Shown here in pieces: positions 10,179 through 21,075 of a stretch of 64,000 bases of DNA. Positions within the stretch are counted from its first letter, which is position 1. Each line of letters begins with the position of its first letter. The notes under the pieces were generated by a model. It was not told the DNA's origin and did not search any database. It was given only the letters and a program-made list of their open reading frames with translations. The translations under genes and the position numbers were made by a program. This DNA is from Diplonema japonicum. Its lineage: Eukaryota; Protista; Euglenozoa: Diplonemea. Where the stretch lies: positions 744,001 through 808,000 of the forward strand of contig OZ025652.1 of assembly GCA_964019335.1 (NCBI GenBank), read 5' to 3'.

Positions 10179-13100
10179 ATGCTCATATTACTTACGGCTG
10201 TGCTAAGTGCATGGCGGGATGGTGTCAAGAACATCACATATGACGGCGTGAATGGCTTCGACCATGGAAGAAGCCCTGAAGTGCCTCATTTGGAACTGTC
10301 GGGTTACAACGGAGCTCCTTGGGGGCGGTTGGTAGTGGAAGGGGGAACGTGTAAGGACAAGGAAAATATACTGCTGAGCTACCAGGCTGGGACTGTTGAC
10401 ATTTGTGCTCAGCTGTGCTTCAACATGCTTAGTTGCACGTACTTCGAGTACAACACAGCCAACCATACTTGCCACTACGTCGTGATGACAACCTACCCTA
10501 AGAGGTGTGTAAGCTACGAGTTCAACGAAACAAATACATACGCAATGGTACTGCCTGGCACACCTGTGGTTTACAACACCGAATCCATTGCATTCCTGTG
10601 CGAATGTCACTTCACAGAATCGAAGATCTACAGCAGTTATGAGTACAATGCCTTTCCGCAGGTCACAGCAGAGGCTTCTGGTGACTGGGGCCTTACGGAC
10701 TACTTCTCAATACAACTTTCAACAAGAGACACTACCACCACTACGGTCACGTCTGCTGAATCGCGCTATGCCACATTGGTTTCCCGGAAGCCCCATGTAT
10801 CAGCATTAGTACTCTCTGACGGCAGCATTCAATTCGAAGCATCCAGACTGCTGGGCGACGCATGCCTGTGCCCTGCAGGTACTATCTCGTGGGCTTCACC
10901 GTATGACTTTTCCTTCTCGCGAGTAGGCTCCCTTCTTACTATAAAAGTCAATGGCAAAGCCACAGTGTGCACGCACATCCTGCACCACTTGTTCAAATTG
11001 ACGCCTTTATTCTCGTCCATGTCGTTTGCTTCCATACCGTCGGCTTGGCGTGCTATTGAAAACCAGTATGTGCGATGCAAGGATAGTTATACACTCCTTG
11101 TTTCGCAGGGTGAAGACCAGACCAGAGACGATTGTGGTGCTCGGTGCAGCATCACACCTTCCTGTAGTTACTTCCTTTGGGAAGAAGCACGTGACAGGAG
11201 GTACGTGAGTAATGCAAACTCGCATGTAGCAACATGCACTCTGTACAGCAGCTGTGCGTTGTTGAATGCGACCCTCATGGCTGACGGGACGTTGACCGAG
11301 AATGCAACATACAATGGAACAGGAACCCTGTATGCAATGCAGCCAAGGTATCAAGGAAATGTGATGGGTTGGGCTGTAATGTCGGTGCAGACAACTGATG
11401 CTGTGTGTCTTCGAACAGTGTCCCAATCAAACATCCCCGCTGTGGGTGACAAGTTGTTTGGGTCAGTGTGTCATGAGGGAGCAAGCTCTCTCCCTCTCAC
11501 TTCTCAGATGTTCAAGTACGACAATGGCACACTGCGTGTGTTCTTGTCGGATGACCTGTGCGTGTCGCATGACGCCGCCAATTCCTTGGTGCTAGTTCCT
11601 TGTTCTAACAGGGCGTACTTTGTAAAGTTCTCTGATAGCACATACCGCTTGGCTAGTGATCCTACCTTGTGCATTGAAATAGCGTTGCATGCTTATGCAA
11701 CTCTCAAGCCTTGCAGTGGCAATTATCAAAACCAGACCTTGATTCTCACCACACATGCTGCACACACAACAACCTATCACTTCACCGACACCAGCGGTTT
11801 GAACAACTGGATAGTTACCGGCGGGACTGCCACACATTCTTATGAAGCCACGGCCAGAGGTATCGCACCGTATCCACTCAATGATGTTAGCTCCCATGAC
11901 CCTATCACAGTGAGGTCCCCTGTATTCTGCAGTCCTACCTCCGTGAGTTTCACTGTGAGCGGTGGTAGAGGACTTACTTCTTCTATCATGCCATACGAAA
12001 GTGGCTACTTGGGTATTGTGCTCAGAGACATTGCCACCAATCAAATAACAAAGTACCACACCCAAGATCACTTTTATTTCTCAACCCAGTCCGTAACGTG
12101 GACCGATACTGTGATACCCAGCGATCACTGCTACTCACTGGAGTTGTATGACGATGCCACCAGCTACCTTGTGCTGCAAGATGTAGTTGTCACAAGCAAG
12201 GGCACTCCGTACTGTAATGAGATCTCGGCCGTGCGCGTGAGGAATCCAAGAGGAGGGGCAACACTGCACTTAAAAGAAGTAAAACTATTCACTCCTGCTG
12301 GTGAGAATATTGCTTCAGCTGGCTCCACTGTAGTGACTGCGTCCTCCTCCTTGTATCATGACACACTACGGTACGTGAACGATGGGGATGCAACGTCGGA
12401 GGTTAACTATCATGAGAACCTCAACGCGACTGTTGCCGAATGGGTGATGCTGGCCTTCGACAAAACTGTATTGTCGGAGGTAGTCATTGTGGCATCCATC
12501 CATGGAAGGACTTGTATGAACGAGGCGGAATGCTTGCGAGAGTCCTCAAGCTTGCTGGTTGAACTGCTCTCAGAAGGCAAGGTCGTGCAGCAGTATACTT
12601 CTTTGGACGCAAGCGATGGGAACGTTACGCAGGAAGTGTGCGGCTTCGGACGGCACAATGGGTCCTTCGTTGCCACGTCACCGGAGAAGTGTGTCGATGG
12701 TCTTTACGACACGAACCACCCGTGCAGCATCACCTCCACCGACCAGACGACAACCTCCCCCTACTTTAAGCTTGATCTTGGGGCAACCCAGGCCGTGGCA
12801 AGAGTAACTTTCTACGTAAAGGTAGAGAACACCACCGACCCCCTTTATGAGGTGTGGATAGGAGCAAACGGTGATGGTCCGTATGCCGCAGATCCCTCTA
12901 ATACACAATGCTTCCCTGCCGCCTATACCATAGGCAACACAACCTATGCAGTTGAGTACCAAGCCAACATATCTTCAGCCACGTCCTTCGAAGTCAGCTG
13001 CCAGCATATGGGCAGGTACGTTTATGTTGTGTACCCGGAAGCCTTTTCTTTTGAGGTTTACGAAGTGCAAGCCTACGCTGAGCCTTCCGCATTAGTCCCT

Positions 13101-16100
13101 GTCGAGTCGCCAGCTTTAGAAGTCTCTGCTTTTAGCAGCCTCCCCGTCCTCAGGAGAACGGATTCTCTCCAAGACTGGTCTCAAGCAGCATGCACAATTG
13201 TGCCTGTGAAGTCCATTTCTGTCAATGTTGAATCGTGCAATGTCGACACGAGGGTGGCGCTGAGCACTGTGCCCAACCCGTCAAACGAGACGCAGTACCA
13301 TCATCGAAACTCAACCGCATTGCCGCCTGAGTTCAGTTTCATCGTTTCCCTGTCGACGAAGTATGGCACGTTGCTAGTGGACAACGTTGATGAAGAAGTG
13401 ACTCTAGGTGGCAGGACGTGCTCGGGGGTAGGCATACCGTGGGTGTTGTCAAGAGACGGTGATGCCATCACCGTGTCGCATGATGGGACTAACATCACAT
13501 TGTCGAGGAAGTACAGTGGTGAGCTCTATGGCTGTGTGCTTCCCTACGAAGAGCAAGCAGTGTGGTACGCGACAGAGACTTGCAGTGACAATGACCTACT
13601 TACGTGCGGCGGCACTAGCAAGTACATAACTCCCATATCGATTGGAGGGGATAGTGAGCTTAACAGGACGGAAGGCAGCATGACGGCCACCATCCAGGAT
13701 GTCAACATCGAAACAAAGTACGGTGTAGAGAGCCGTCTGTCCCTTTCGCAGACACTCAACAGGCATGCTGGGGGGAATGTCACATCTTGGAACACCTGCT
13801 TCAACGACTACGTGTTCACCTTCGCAAGGGATGATGCTGCTTATTCTGCGACGAAGGTGCTGCTGGAGTTTAACACAACATTAACTGTTTGGGTGAAGAT
13901 TTACGTGCAAAGCGAAGTGGTGCCGGGTTGGCTGACTCTACATGGGTGGTCTGCAGTGCCACGGTCTAGTATGAGAAAATACTCGCTTGCAATAGACGAT
14001 CGACTCACGACACGGGCTATTTATGTCAAGAAGTTCGAAGCCAACGAACTTGTGGAGGTGTCAGGTCTGGGGACAGCAACCACTGATGTGCTGGCGTCAC
14101 CTTATATCGTGTGTGTGAGTACGTCACTTGATGTTGAACTCGACAGCGGCAGGTATCTCACAATGTATGAATCCTTTGATGGTGCCCTTGGTAAGTGTTC
14201 ACGTCCGTCACTGCGCAACGTGGCCGATGCATACAGATCAGCATCTTCTGTGGTGCACGGCACGCCTGGCAAAGGATTGCACAGAGGGAGGCTGGATTCC
14301 TTGCGAGCTTGGAAGGCTCAGAACGGTGGTATCCTCGGCGATTGGTACCAAATTGATATAGAAGGCACAGTTTCGCTCGTACAGGCTATCGTAACACAAG
14401 GTCATGAGGAACAATATCTGGCTCACTCAGAGTGGGTGACCCTGTACACCCTTAACTACTCGGTAGATGGTGTCGTGTGGGATGTGGTTGACGCTGGCAG
14501 GACGTGGGATGCGAACTACGACTATAAAACACATGTGACACACACCTTCGCAGCGCCACTGTGGGCACGATACATTCGCATCATCCCTTTGAAGTGGTAC
14601 AGGGCAATGGCTCTGCGTGCGGCGGTGATAACATGCGATGCCGATGTCACAACACACACAGGTCTTTTCTTGAACACCACAGGTAGCTGCATTGCAGAGC
14701 AGGACAGTTCTAACAAGGTAGAAGGCAACGCATCGCTGCTGCTGCGGTCTGGTTACGCAAGCTATGCATGTGAAGAAGCTGTTGTGTCTAAAATAATCAC
14801 CACCACCATCACTCCCACCGAAATAGTAATCTGGGGCAGGGTCAGCGATGCGAGGAGGAGCGGTGCCTGGGTCTTCACGCTTGAAGCGACAGCTTACAGC
14901 GGAGCATCATATGTTGAGTTCTCGACAGGTAGTGGGGGATCGTTCTTCGCAGGAACACCCTTGCACAGTGCTGGTGGTGTGGAAAGCAATGTGTGGTTTT
15001 GTCTAACCATCAGGTTCGTCCAAAAGAATGGGAGAGTGATTGCATTAAAATGGGCGCTCACAGGAACAGCACCTGCAGGAACAAAAGTTCAACGAGGACA
15101 AGCAAGGGGACTGATTGTGGTTGACTGGCAACAGGCAATTACAGGACTGAAGATGTCAAAGAAAGTACCCGAAGCAGATTCCTGGTTCGATGCGCTGCAA
15201 GTGTTCACCGACAGCACCACCCCGGGCGCTCTCTCTTATTCTTTCGACAGCGAGGACGACATCGACCCGAGCTCCAAGTGTGACCGCTACGTGGGGTACA
15301 ACGTCACCCGGACAGGCGACTTCTCGCTTCACCGGCTCACCGCCCTCGACCTTCCGTACCTATCACACCGACATTGTGTGGAACACTGCTGTTCTCTTCA
15401 CTGGTGTACAGGTGTTGCTTTAAAGTACTCAAATGACACCCTGTTCAACAATAGGGGCTGCCGCTTAATGCGACAAGCCTTTTTTTCCACGGAACCAGAC
15501 CATTACCAAGAGTTATACTTCAACAACTGGCAGTGGCAGTTCCTGCTGAAATATGCTGTCGTGTCCTTGGCTAGCACCTCCAGTCCGGTGCTCGAAGTGA
15601 ACGAACACGAGATGCGTGCTTTGGACCTTTCGCCATCACTGGTGCTGAACTATACCTTGCACTTCAGAGGAGCTCTGCTGGACCTCACTGCCTCTGTTGT
15701 CAGAGATGCCTTTACATCGTCTGTGTCGAGTAGTCAGGAACTGCGGGGTTTCACAAGTTTGAAAGACACTGTACTTCCCCTTAGTGCTGTGGATGTTACT
15801 TCCTACCCCCCTTATGTGACTGTCTCGCTGTATTCGGCTGCTAATTATCACATCACCGGCGACGAGGTGTTGTCGTGGTCCTACTTCAACGAGGCTTTGA
15901 AGGGGGCCAACGTGACCTTGTCTAAAGGAGGCGGTGTTGTCGGTGCAGTGGATCTTCCCGTGGTGAAGTTGAGAGGCTCTGGGAGATGCGATGGAAGCAC
16001 AGCTTGCAACAAGCGGCCATGTGTGTGTTCATCTCTCGAATGTCAGCGTGCGTATATTTGCGGGTGTCGCTCGCCTAGCATGCCCATTCCACAGGTGGCC

Positions 16101-16397
16101 TTCACCAGCTTCACCGAGGGAAGTGTGGTGTATCTTGTAAACGACGCACAATACGTGCGGTACCAGCAGAAGCAACATGCAGCGTGGGACCCGTCCATGC
16201 TTGACTACATAGGCACGCAAGGCACTGTAACATCTGTCCCCAGCTCTGAAACCTTGGTTGTAAGGTTCCCTTCAACAGCCAGCTTCACATTCCATACGTC
16301 CACAGTGCTTAAGACTTCTGGAGTGGAGATTTGCATATTCCACAGAAGACCCACCGATTGGCCTTTTGACTACCCCGCTCCACCCACTTATACTTAG
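10179..16397 (+). CDS. About 2070-aa secreted/surface multidomain lectin-like protein (PAN/apple, ricin-B-like, F5/8 type C/fucolectin-like) with a C-terminal Mind-bomb SH3-like repeat
   Basis: ATG after acag with short hydrophobic N-terminus. CAQLC..C.YFEY PAN motifs; discoidin segment GRL..AW.A...WYQID..IVTQG..EWVT.Y.LNYS.DG..W..ARYIRIIP..W...ALR; many NxS/T sequons. Confidence 0.8.
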   Translation: MLILLTAVLSAWRDGVKNITYDGVNGFDHGRSPEVPHLELSGYNGAPWGRLVVEGGTCKDKENILLSYQAGTVDICAQLCFNMLSCTYFEYNTANHTCHYVVMTTYPKRCVSYEFNETNTYAMVLPGTPVVYNTESIAFLCECHFTESKIYSSYEYNAFPQVTAEASGDWGLTDYFSIQLSTRDTTTTTVTSAESRYATLVSRKPHVSALVLSDGSIQFEASRLLGDACLCPAGTISWASPYDFSFSRVGSLLTIKVNGKATVCTHILHHLFKLTPLFSSMSFASIPSAWRAIENQYVRCKDSYTLLVSQGEDQTRDDCGARCSITPSCSYFLWEEARDRRYVSNANSHVATCTLYSSCALLNATLMADGTLTENATYNGTGTLYAMQPRYQGNVMGWAVMSVQTTDAVCLRTVSQSNIPAVGDKLFGSVCHEGASSLPLTSQMFKYDNGTLRVFLSDDLCVSHDAANSLVLVPCSNRAYFVKFSDSTYRLASDPTLCIEIALHAYATLKPCSGNYQNQTLILTTHAAHTTTYHFTDTSGLNNWIVTGGTATHSYEATARGIAPYPLNDVSSHDPITVRSPVFCSPTSVSFTVSGGRGLTSSIMPYESGYLGIVLRDIATNQITKYHTQDHFYFSTQSVTWTDTVIPSDHCYSLELYDDATSYLVLQDVVVTSKGTPYCNEISAVRVRNPRGGATLHLKEVKLFTPAGENIASAGSTVVTASSSLYHDTLRYVNDGDATSEVNYHENLNATVAEWVMLAFDKTVLSEVVIVASIHGRTCMNEAECLRESSSLLVELLSEGKVVQQYTSLDASDGNVTQEVCGFGRHNGSFVATSPEKCVDGLYDTNHPCSITSTDQTTTSPYFKLDLGATQAVARVTFYVKVENTTDPLYEVWIGANGDGPYAADPSNTQCFPAAYTIGNTTYAVEYQANISSATSFEVSCQHMGRYVYVVYPEAFSFEVYEVQAYAEPSALVPVESPALEVSAFSSLPVLRRTDSLQDWSQAACTIVPVKSISVNVESCNVDTRVALSTVPNPSNETQYHHRNSTALPPEFSFIVSLSTKYGTLLVDNVDEEVTLGGRTCSGVGIPWVLSRDGDAITVSHDGTNITLSRKYSGELYGCVLPYEEQAVWYATETCSDNDLLTCGGTSKYITPISIGGDSELNRTEGSMTATIQDVNIETKYGVESRLSLSQTLNRHAGGNVTSWNTCFNDYVFTFARDDAAYSATKVLLEFNTTLTVWVKIYVQSEVVPGWLTLHGWSAVPRSSMRKYSLAIDDRLTTRAIYVKKFEANELVEVSGLGTATTDVLASPYIVCVSTSLDVELDSGRYLTMYESFDGALGKCSRPSLRNVADAYRSASSVVHGTPGKGLHRGRLDSLRAWKAQNGGILGDWYQIDIEGTVSLVQAIVTQGHEEQYLAHSEWVTLYTLNYSVDGVVWDVVDAGRTWDANYDYKTHVTHTFAAPLWARYIRIIPLKWYRAMALRAAVITCDADVTTHTGLFLNTTGSCIAEQDSSNKVEGNASLLLRSGYASYACEEAVVSKIITTTITPTEIVIWGRVSDARRSGAWVFTLEATAYSGASYVEFSTGSGGSFFAGTPLHSAGGVESNVWFCLTIRFVQKNGRVIALKWALTGTAPAGTKVQRGQARGLIVVDWQQAITGLKMSKKVPEADSWFDALQVFTDSTTPGALSYSFDSEDDIDPSSKCDRYVGYNVTRTGDFSLHRLTALDLPYLSHRHCVEHCCSLHWCTGVALKYSNDTLFNNRGCRLMRQAFFSTEPDHYQELYFNNWQWQFLLKYAVVSLASTSSPVLEVNEHEMRALDLSPSLVLNYTLHFRGALLDLTASVVRDAFTSSVSSSQELRGFTSLKDTVLPLSAVDVTSYPPYVTVSLYSAANYHITGDEVLSWSYFNEALKGANVTLSKGGGVVGAVDLPVVKLRGSGRCDGSTACNKRPCVCSSLECQRAYICGCRSPSMPIPQVAFTSFTEGSVVYLVNDAQYVRYQQKQHAAWDPSMLDYIGTQGTVTSVPSSETLVVRFPSTASFTFHTSTVLKTSGVEICIFHRRPTDWPFDYPAPPTYT

Positions 16398-16487
16398 CAT
16401 TTACACCTAAGGAAGTCATAGTAGTTATTATCCACTTCATTCACTTTGTATTTTATTGCAGTCACACCGAAGGAACTAGAACGGAAA

Positions 16488-18230
16488 ATGAGAATCATAT
16501 GGGTTGTGTTACTTGTGAGTGCAGCGTTTCTTTCGCTGTACGGCGTGTCAAACGGGAGGTTGCAAGGTGACGTGAAAATGAGGATGGTGAGACTACAGTC
16601 GAAGACCAGGCAAGTGCAGCAGACGGATGAAAACAACGACAGCAAGCAGGAAACAGCAGAGCCGATTCCGATTGAGCACGAGAAAGGCGGGGCGGTTTGT
16701 GCTTCTAACATGATCGGTCATTGGTGTTGGAAGAGGGGAACTGATCTCAAGAATGCTTCGGCATTGGTGATCCTTGGCAAGCACGGGGGTTATGAAGATC
16801 CTGTGGCAGCTCTGACTGATGCAGGGTATGCTGTCTGGAAGAGGAACACAGGGTGTTCTGACGACGCATGCAAGGTCTATGACAACGCAGGAGTCGAGAT
16901 TACAAGGAGAAACAAGGCGAGCTTGCGAGCCTTCGGCGACGCTTGGGGGTACCTTGGCTACTTGGCCGATGCTTCCCCGGCTCGCCCTGTTTTCAACGAT
17001 CTTATCTTCCTTTCCTCACCTGCTTTTAGTAGTCTGGGTGCGGAGCTACCTGAAATCGAGAAGAAGCTCAAGGAGTTCAGGAGAACAGGCCGCTTGACGC
17101 CCATCGATGCTGACGCGACAGCGTCGCCAGTTTCCGTGGACTTCCTTGAAAAGTACAACGAGCTCTTTGGTGTGTCACTGCCACCGGACTCCTCAACGCT
17201 CACCATACGCCAGTTCATCCTCCCAGGGAGCTGCCTTTCAAAGTTTAAACCCGAATACTTCCGTAAAGTATTCACCATGCACGTGGCAAGCGGTAATCAA
17301 GACGCTGCTTTTTTGCACCGTTTGTGGGGCCTGCTGTTTAAGGGCGTCGTCAGAGCCCACACAGCACCCCTCCATCCGTCCTCCTCAGAAAACGTCTTCA
17401 TGATGTCTTGGAACGCAGTCGGGTTCTGGGCGTGGGATCCTTCGGCGCCGCACGTGCAGCACACATTGGCAGTCATTGGAGGCTCAACAGTGCACCCCAC
17501 AACCGAGTTGGTGAGAAGGGGCATGAAGGTGTGGAAGGTGCGCAAAAACTGTCGAGAACACCACCTGGCCTTGTGGGGCCAGCAGTATATCGGGGACCTT
17601 TCGAACGTGTGCACGGAGAGTTGGGGTTACTTACAGTATCTTGCAGACCCTGACGTAGCTAAGGCAACGGCAGATTACGTGGTATTCATACACGGTCACC
17701 ACGAGGCGTGGCATCAGCCTGGGGACATCGGCGTTGTGATACAGGAAGCTGTGCAGTGCGCAGAAGTGCGCAAGGCATATACACCGTTGGTGATTTACGA
17801 TATAACAAAATACTGGGTCAGGGGGTGGGGCAACGATGGCACAGCGTCGAAATGGATTTCAATGTGGAACTCGGCACTCGGTAAAGCACCAACTTCTCAG
17901 ATGGTGCCAAACAATGTCAAGAACCTTCACGCCTGGGCAGCAGCAAGCTTCGTAGTACCGCAATCAGCGATCACGAAACACCCCCCTTCTTTTTATCAAC
18001 TCGCTTTGAAAGAAAAAGCGACTAAAGGCCGTCAAGGCCTCACTGGTTTCTTCTTTGAATACACGTGGCACCTTTTCTTTGGGATGGCCCCTGTGATATC
18101 GCCTGAGGATCTGAAGATCCCTCAATGCCCTAACATGCTCTATGCGATCAATCATCCCAAGTTTATTAGGCAGAAGGCTGCCAAAATAGCACGGATGGAG
18201 AAAAGTCTTGCAGATCTGACATCTCTTTAA
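16488..18230 (+). CDS. Type II membrane/secreted protein with two DUF3431-like (putative glycosyltransferase-related) domains
   Basis: N-terminal TM. Duplicated WGYL.YLAD motif; second copy has VVFIHGHHEAWHQ, ASFVV...I..HP.SFY and FFEYTWHLFFG. Confidence 0.7.
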   Translation: MRIIWVVLLVSAAFLSLYGVSNGRLQGDVKMRMVRLQSKTRQVQQTDENNDSKQETAEPIPIEHEKGGAVCASNMIGHWCWKRGTDLKNASALVILGKHGGYEDPVAALTDAGYAVWKRNTGCSDDACKVYDNAGVEITRRNKASLRAFGDAWGYLGYLADASPARPVFNDLIFLSSPAFSSLGAELPEIEKKLKEFRRTGRLTPIDADATASPVSVDFLEKYNELFGVSLPPDSSTLTIRQFILPGSCLSKFKPEYFRKVFTMHVASGNQDAAFLHRLWGLLFKGVVRAHTAPLHPSSSENVFMMSWNAVGFWAWDPSAPHVQHTLAVIGGSTVHPTTELVRRGMKVWKVRKNCREHHLALWGQQYIGDLSNVCTESWGYLQYLADPDVAKATADYVVFIHGHHEAWHQPGDIGVVIQEAVQCAEVRKAYTPLVIYDITKYWVRGWGNDGTASKWISMWNSALGKAPTSQMVPNNVKNLHAWAAASFVVPQSAITKHPPSFYQLALKEKATKGRQGLTGFFFEYTWHLFFGMAPVISPEDLKIPQCPNMLYAINHPKFIRQKAAKIARMEKSLADLTSL

Positions 18231-18384
18231 GTGACTTGTCTTTTTTTTTTCCAGCGCGGCCGGTGAGCGCAAAAACGCATACCTTAAAAGAATAGTTTTC
18301 CTTTTTTTCTTCCCTTTTTTGAGAATAGTTTGTATGCATTGTTATTAATATTTGTTCCCACGCACAGCAGCATGGATAGGTAGC

Positions 18385-20468
18385 ATGGAAGACGATGAAA
18401 TGATGTGGCCGGAGACAGCGAGCGAGGTAGAAGAGAGGGTACGGCAGATAAGAACTGCCACGCAGAAGACGTGGGATACAATCGGCAACATGCGTGAAGG
18501 TGAGGAGCTGACCTACGATAAAGTCATCAGCCCTCTTGTGACCGTAGCGAATTACAAGACGAACCCATTGGTTTGCGAAGCGAAGTTCCTGCAACACTGC
18601 AGCCCTAAACCCTTGCTGAGGGAAGCAGCCGGTAAGGCAGGCGAAACGTTTAAGAAACTACGCCGGCAAGGAAGAATGCGCGAGGACGTCTTCCGCACTG
18701 TAAGACGGTACGCTGCAGGCCGCACGGAACAGCTTGACAGCAGGAAGTTGCATTTCCTAAACAGTATCCTGCGCGACTTCAGGCGATCTGGTCTGAGTCT
18801 CTCCCCTGAAGACAGGAACAAGCTGGAGCGGTTGCTTGTTGAAGAGACGAAGCTCTGCAAACGGTACAACGCAAACGTAGGAGAGGACAAAACAGTGTTG
18901 CACTTCAAACCCGAAGAGCTGCAAGGTGTCAGCGAGAGGTACATCCAAGACCACCTTGTTGACGGCAATGTGTGCGTCACTCTCAAGTACCCCGACGTCT
19001 TCCCTATCATGACACGATGCGCTGTGTCAGAGACACGCAAACAGGTGGCAGCAGGTAGGGAGCTGCGCTTTGGTGACAACCTGGAACTCATGGTGAAGGT
19101 AACGTCAATCAGGAAAGAGATAGCCAATTTACTAGGGTACTCCAGCTATGCTGACTATACGTGCGAGAAGGCCATGGCGGGGACAGCATCAGAGGTCAAG
19201 AAATTCTTGAATGAACTAAAAGACAAGCTTGCAGCATCAGGGAAAAAGGAATACCAGCAGCTCCTGAGATACAAAGCACGACACATGGAGGAGATGGGCA
19301 AACCTTTTGACGGCCTGTTACAACCGTGGGACATACAGTACTACTCAGAGGTGATGACACAGGCAGAGTACGGCATCGACCAGGCAGTTGTCGCCTACCA
19401 CTTTCCTTTGGAACATGTGGTCACAACGACTCTCCAGCTGTATGAGGGACTTCTAGGTTTACGTTTTGTGGAAAAGGAAAAGGGCACCTTCCGCTCATGG
19501 CACCCGTCAGTAAGGTTCTTCAGCGCATATGACGGTGACACGAAAAAGCGCATGGGAAGCTTCTACCTTGATGTATGTGCACATGTATTGCAAAAAAAAA
19601 AAAAAAACTTTCCCTAACAGCTGCACCATCGCCATGGCAAGTACCCACACGCTGCAATTTTTTATATTAGGAAGCGACGCGGGACCAGAGGGGCTGTGTC
19701 CTGCATGCTCGCCGACCTCCCTGAAGGATCCCCGGATAGGCCATCATGCATCGGGCACAGACAAATGAGCACTTTCTTCCATGAGTATGTTTATCAGGCT
19801 TGTACCATAGTCACCACAGGTTTGGCCACATAATGCACGGTATATGCGCAGAGGGCGACGGCAACATGACACGGCTTGCGAAGTGCCCTCGTGACTTCAT
19901 GGAGGCCCCAAGCCAGATGTTGGAGAATTGGTGCTGGGACAAGAAAATTCTGAAATTAATGAGCAAACACGTCACGACAGGCAAGCCCCTCTCTGACGAG
20001 CTCATTGATAAGCTGGTGAAGAGCCGCTTTGTGAATGCTTCCATAACAACACTAAATAATATTTTTTTGAGCTCGGTGGACCTGGCGCTGCACATGACGC
20101 CTCCAAACACCGTTGAAGAGGCGCAGGCTCTCGTCGATAACCTTAGGCCAGAGATCACGATGCTCGCAAACCCACCCGGTTGGAACATGCTGCGCAACTT
20201 CTGCCATGTAGTTGAGCACTATCCTGCTGCGTACTATTCATATCTTTGGTCGGAAGTTATCTCGGCTGATATGTTTTGTTCCAAATTTGCAGACGGTATT
20301 TCCAATTCGGCAGTGGGCCGCAGCTACCGTGACCTTATCCTGGCCCCAGGGGGCGTGGGAAACAGTGCAGATCTTGTCCATTCATTTCTTGGAAGAGAGC
20401 ACTCGCAGTACCATTTCCTGAAGCAGCGTGGTGCCATCATTGACGAGCCAGATCCCAATGCTAAGTAA
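18385..20468 (+). CDS. Thimet oligopeptidase/neurolysin-like M3A metallopeptidase, 3 exons; introns 19573-19620 and 19785-19819
   Basis: Splicing builds FYLDLHHRHGKYPHAA and the zinc motif FFHEFGHIMH, which intron 2 interrupts. Also DFMEAPSQMLENW and YYSYLWSEV. Confidence 0.95.
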
Positions 20469-21075
20469 ACCTTTTGGCCACACAGCTGCCCTGGTGCAAT
20501 GCCTGACACAGGAACAAGGGATTCATGCATCCCGCATAAAAGGCCGGAGAGAAGGAACGTTCTTCGTCTTATGCTCCGTCAGGCGCCTTCCCCTGTCCAG
20601 AACATTGCGGCACTGGCAGTTGTGTGGCCCCACAGGTAGATACAAGTTAGTCGGGGCTTGGTACAATGCTGGACTTACACTGCCTCCATTGCAATCCCAT
20701 GTCATTGGAGACGAAAATTTTCACTCCATGCCATGTTCAATGGTGTCTATCTACGGACCTTTATTTTATTGTTTTTTTTATTTATTTGCATTATTTTCTT
20801 CTTTTTTTTTCACTTATTGTTTTCCTGCTTATTATTTTTTTTACTGTGGCTTTATTTTCTTCCTTCTCCCCCCCTTTTATTTTCCTTTTACAATTCTTCA
20901 TTTCTCCCCTCCTTTTTTTTTCGGAGTGGCAATTTAGACCGTGTGTCACATGCTTACACTGGCTGTGTTTCTTACCTGGTTTCTTTGCACACCGACCGTG
21001 CCTCCTTACTTCCTTACTTGCAGCTCTTTCTATTCTTTCCAGCAAAGCACCTTCGACAGCATTAGAAGACATTAC

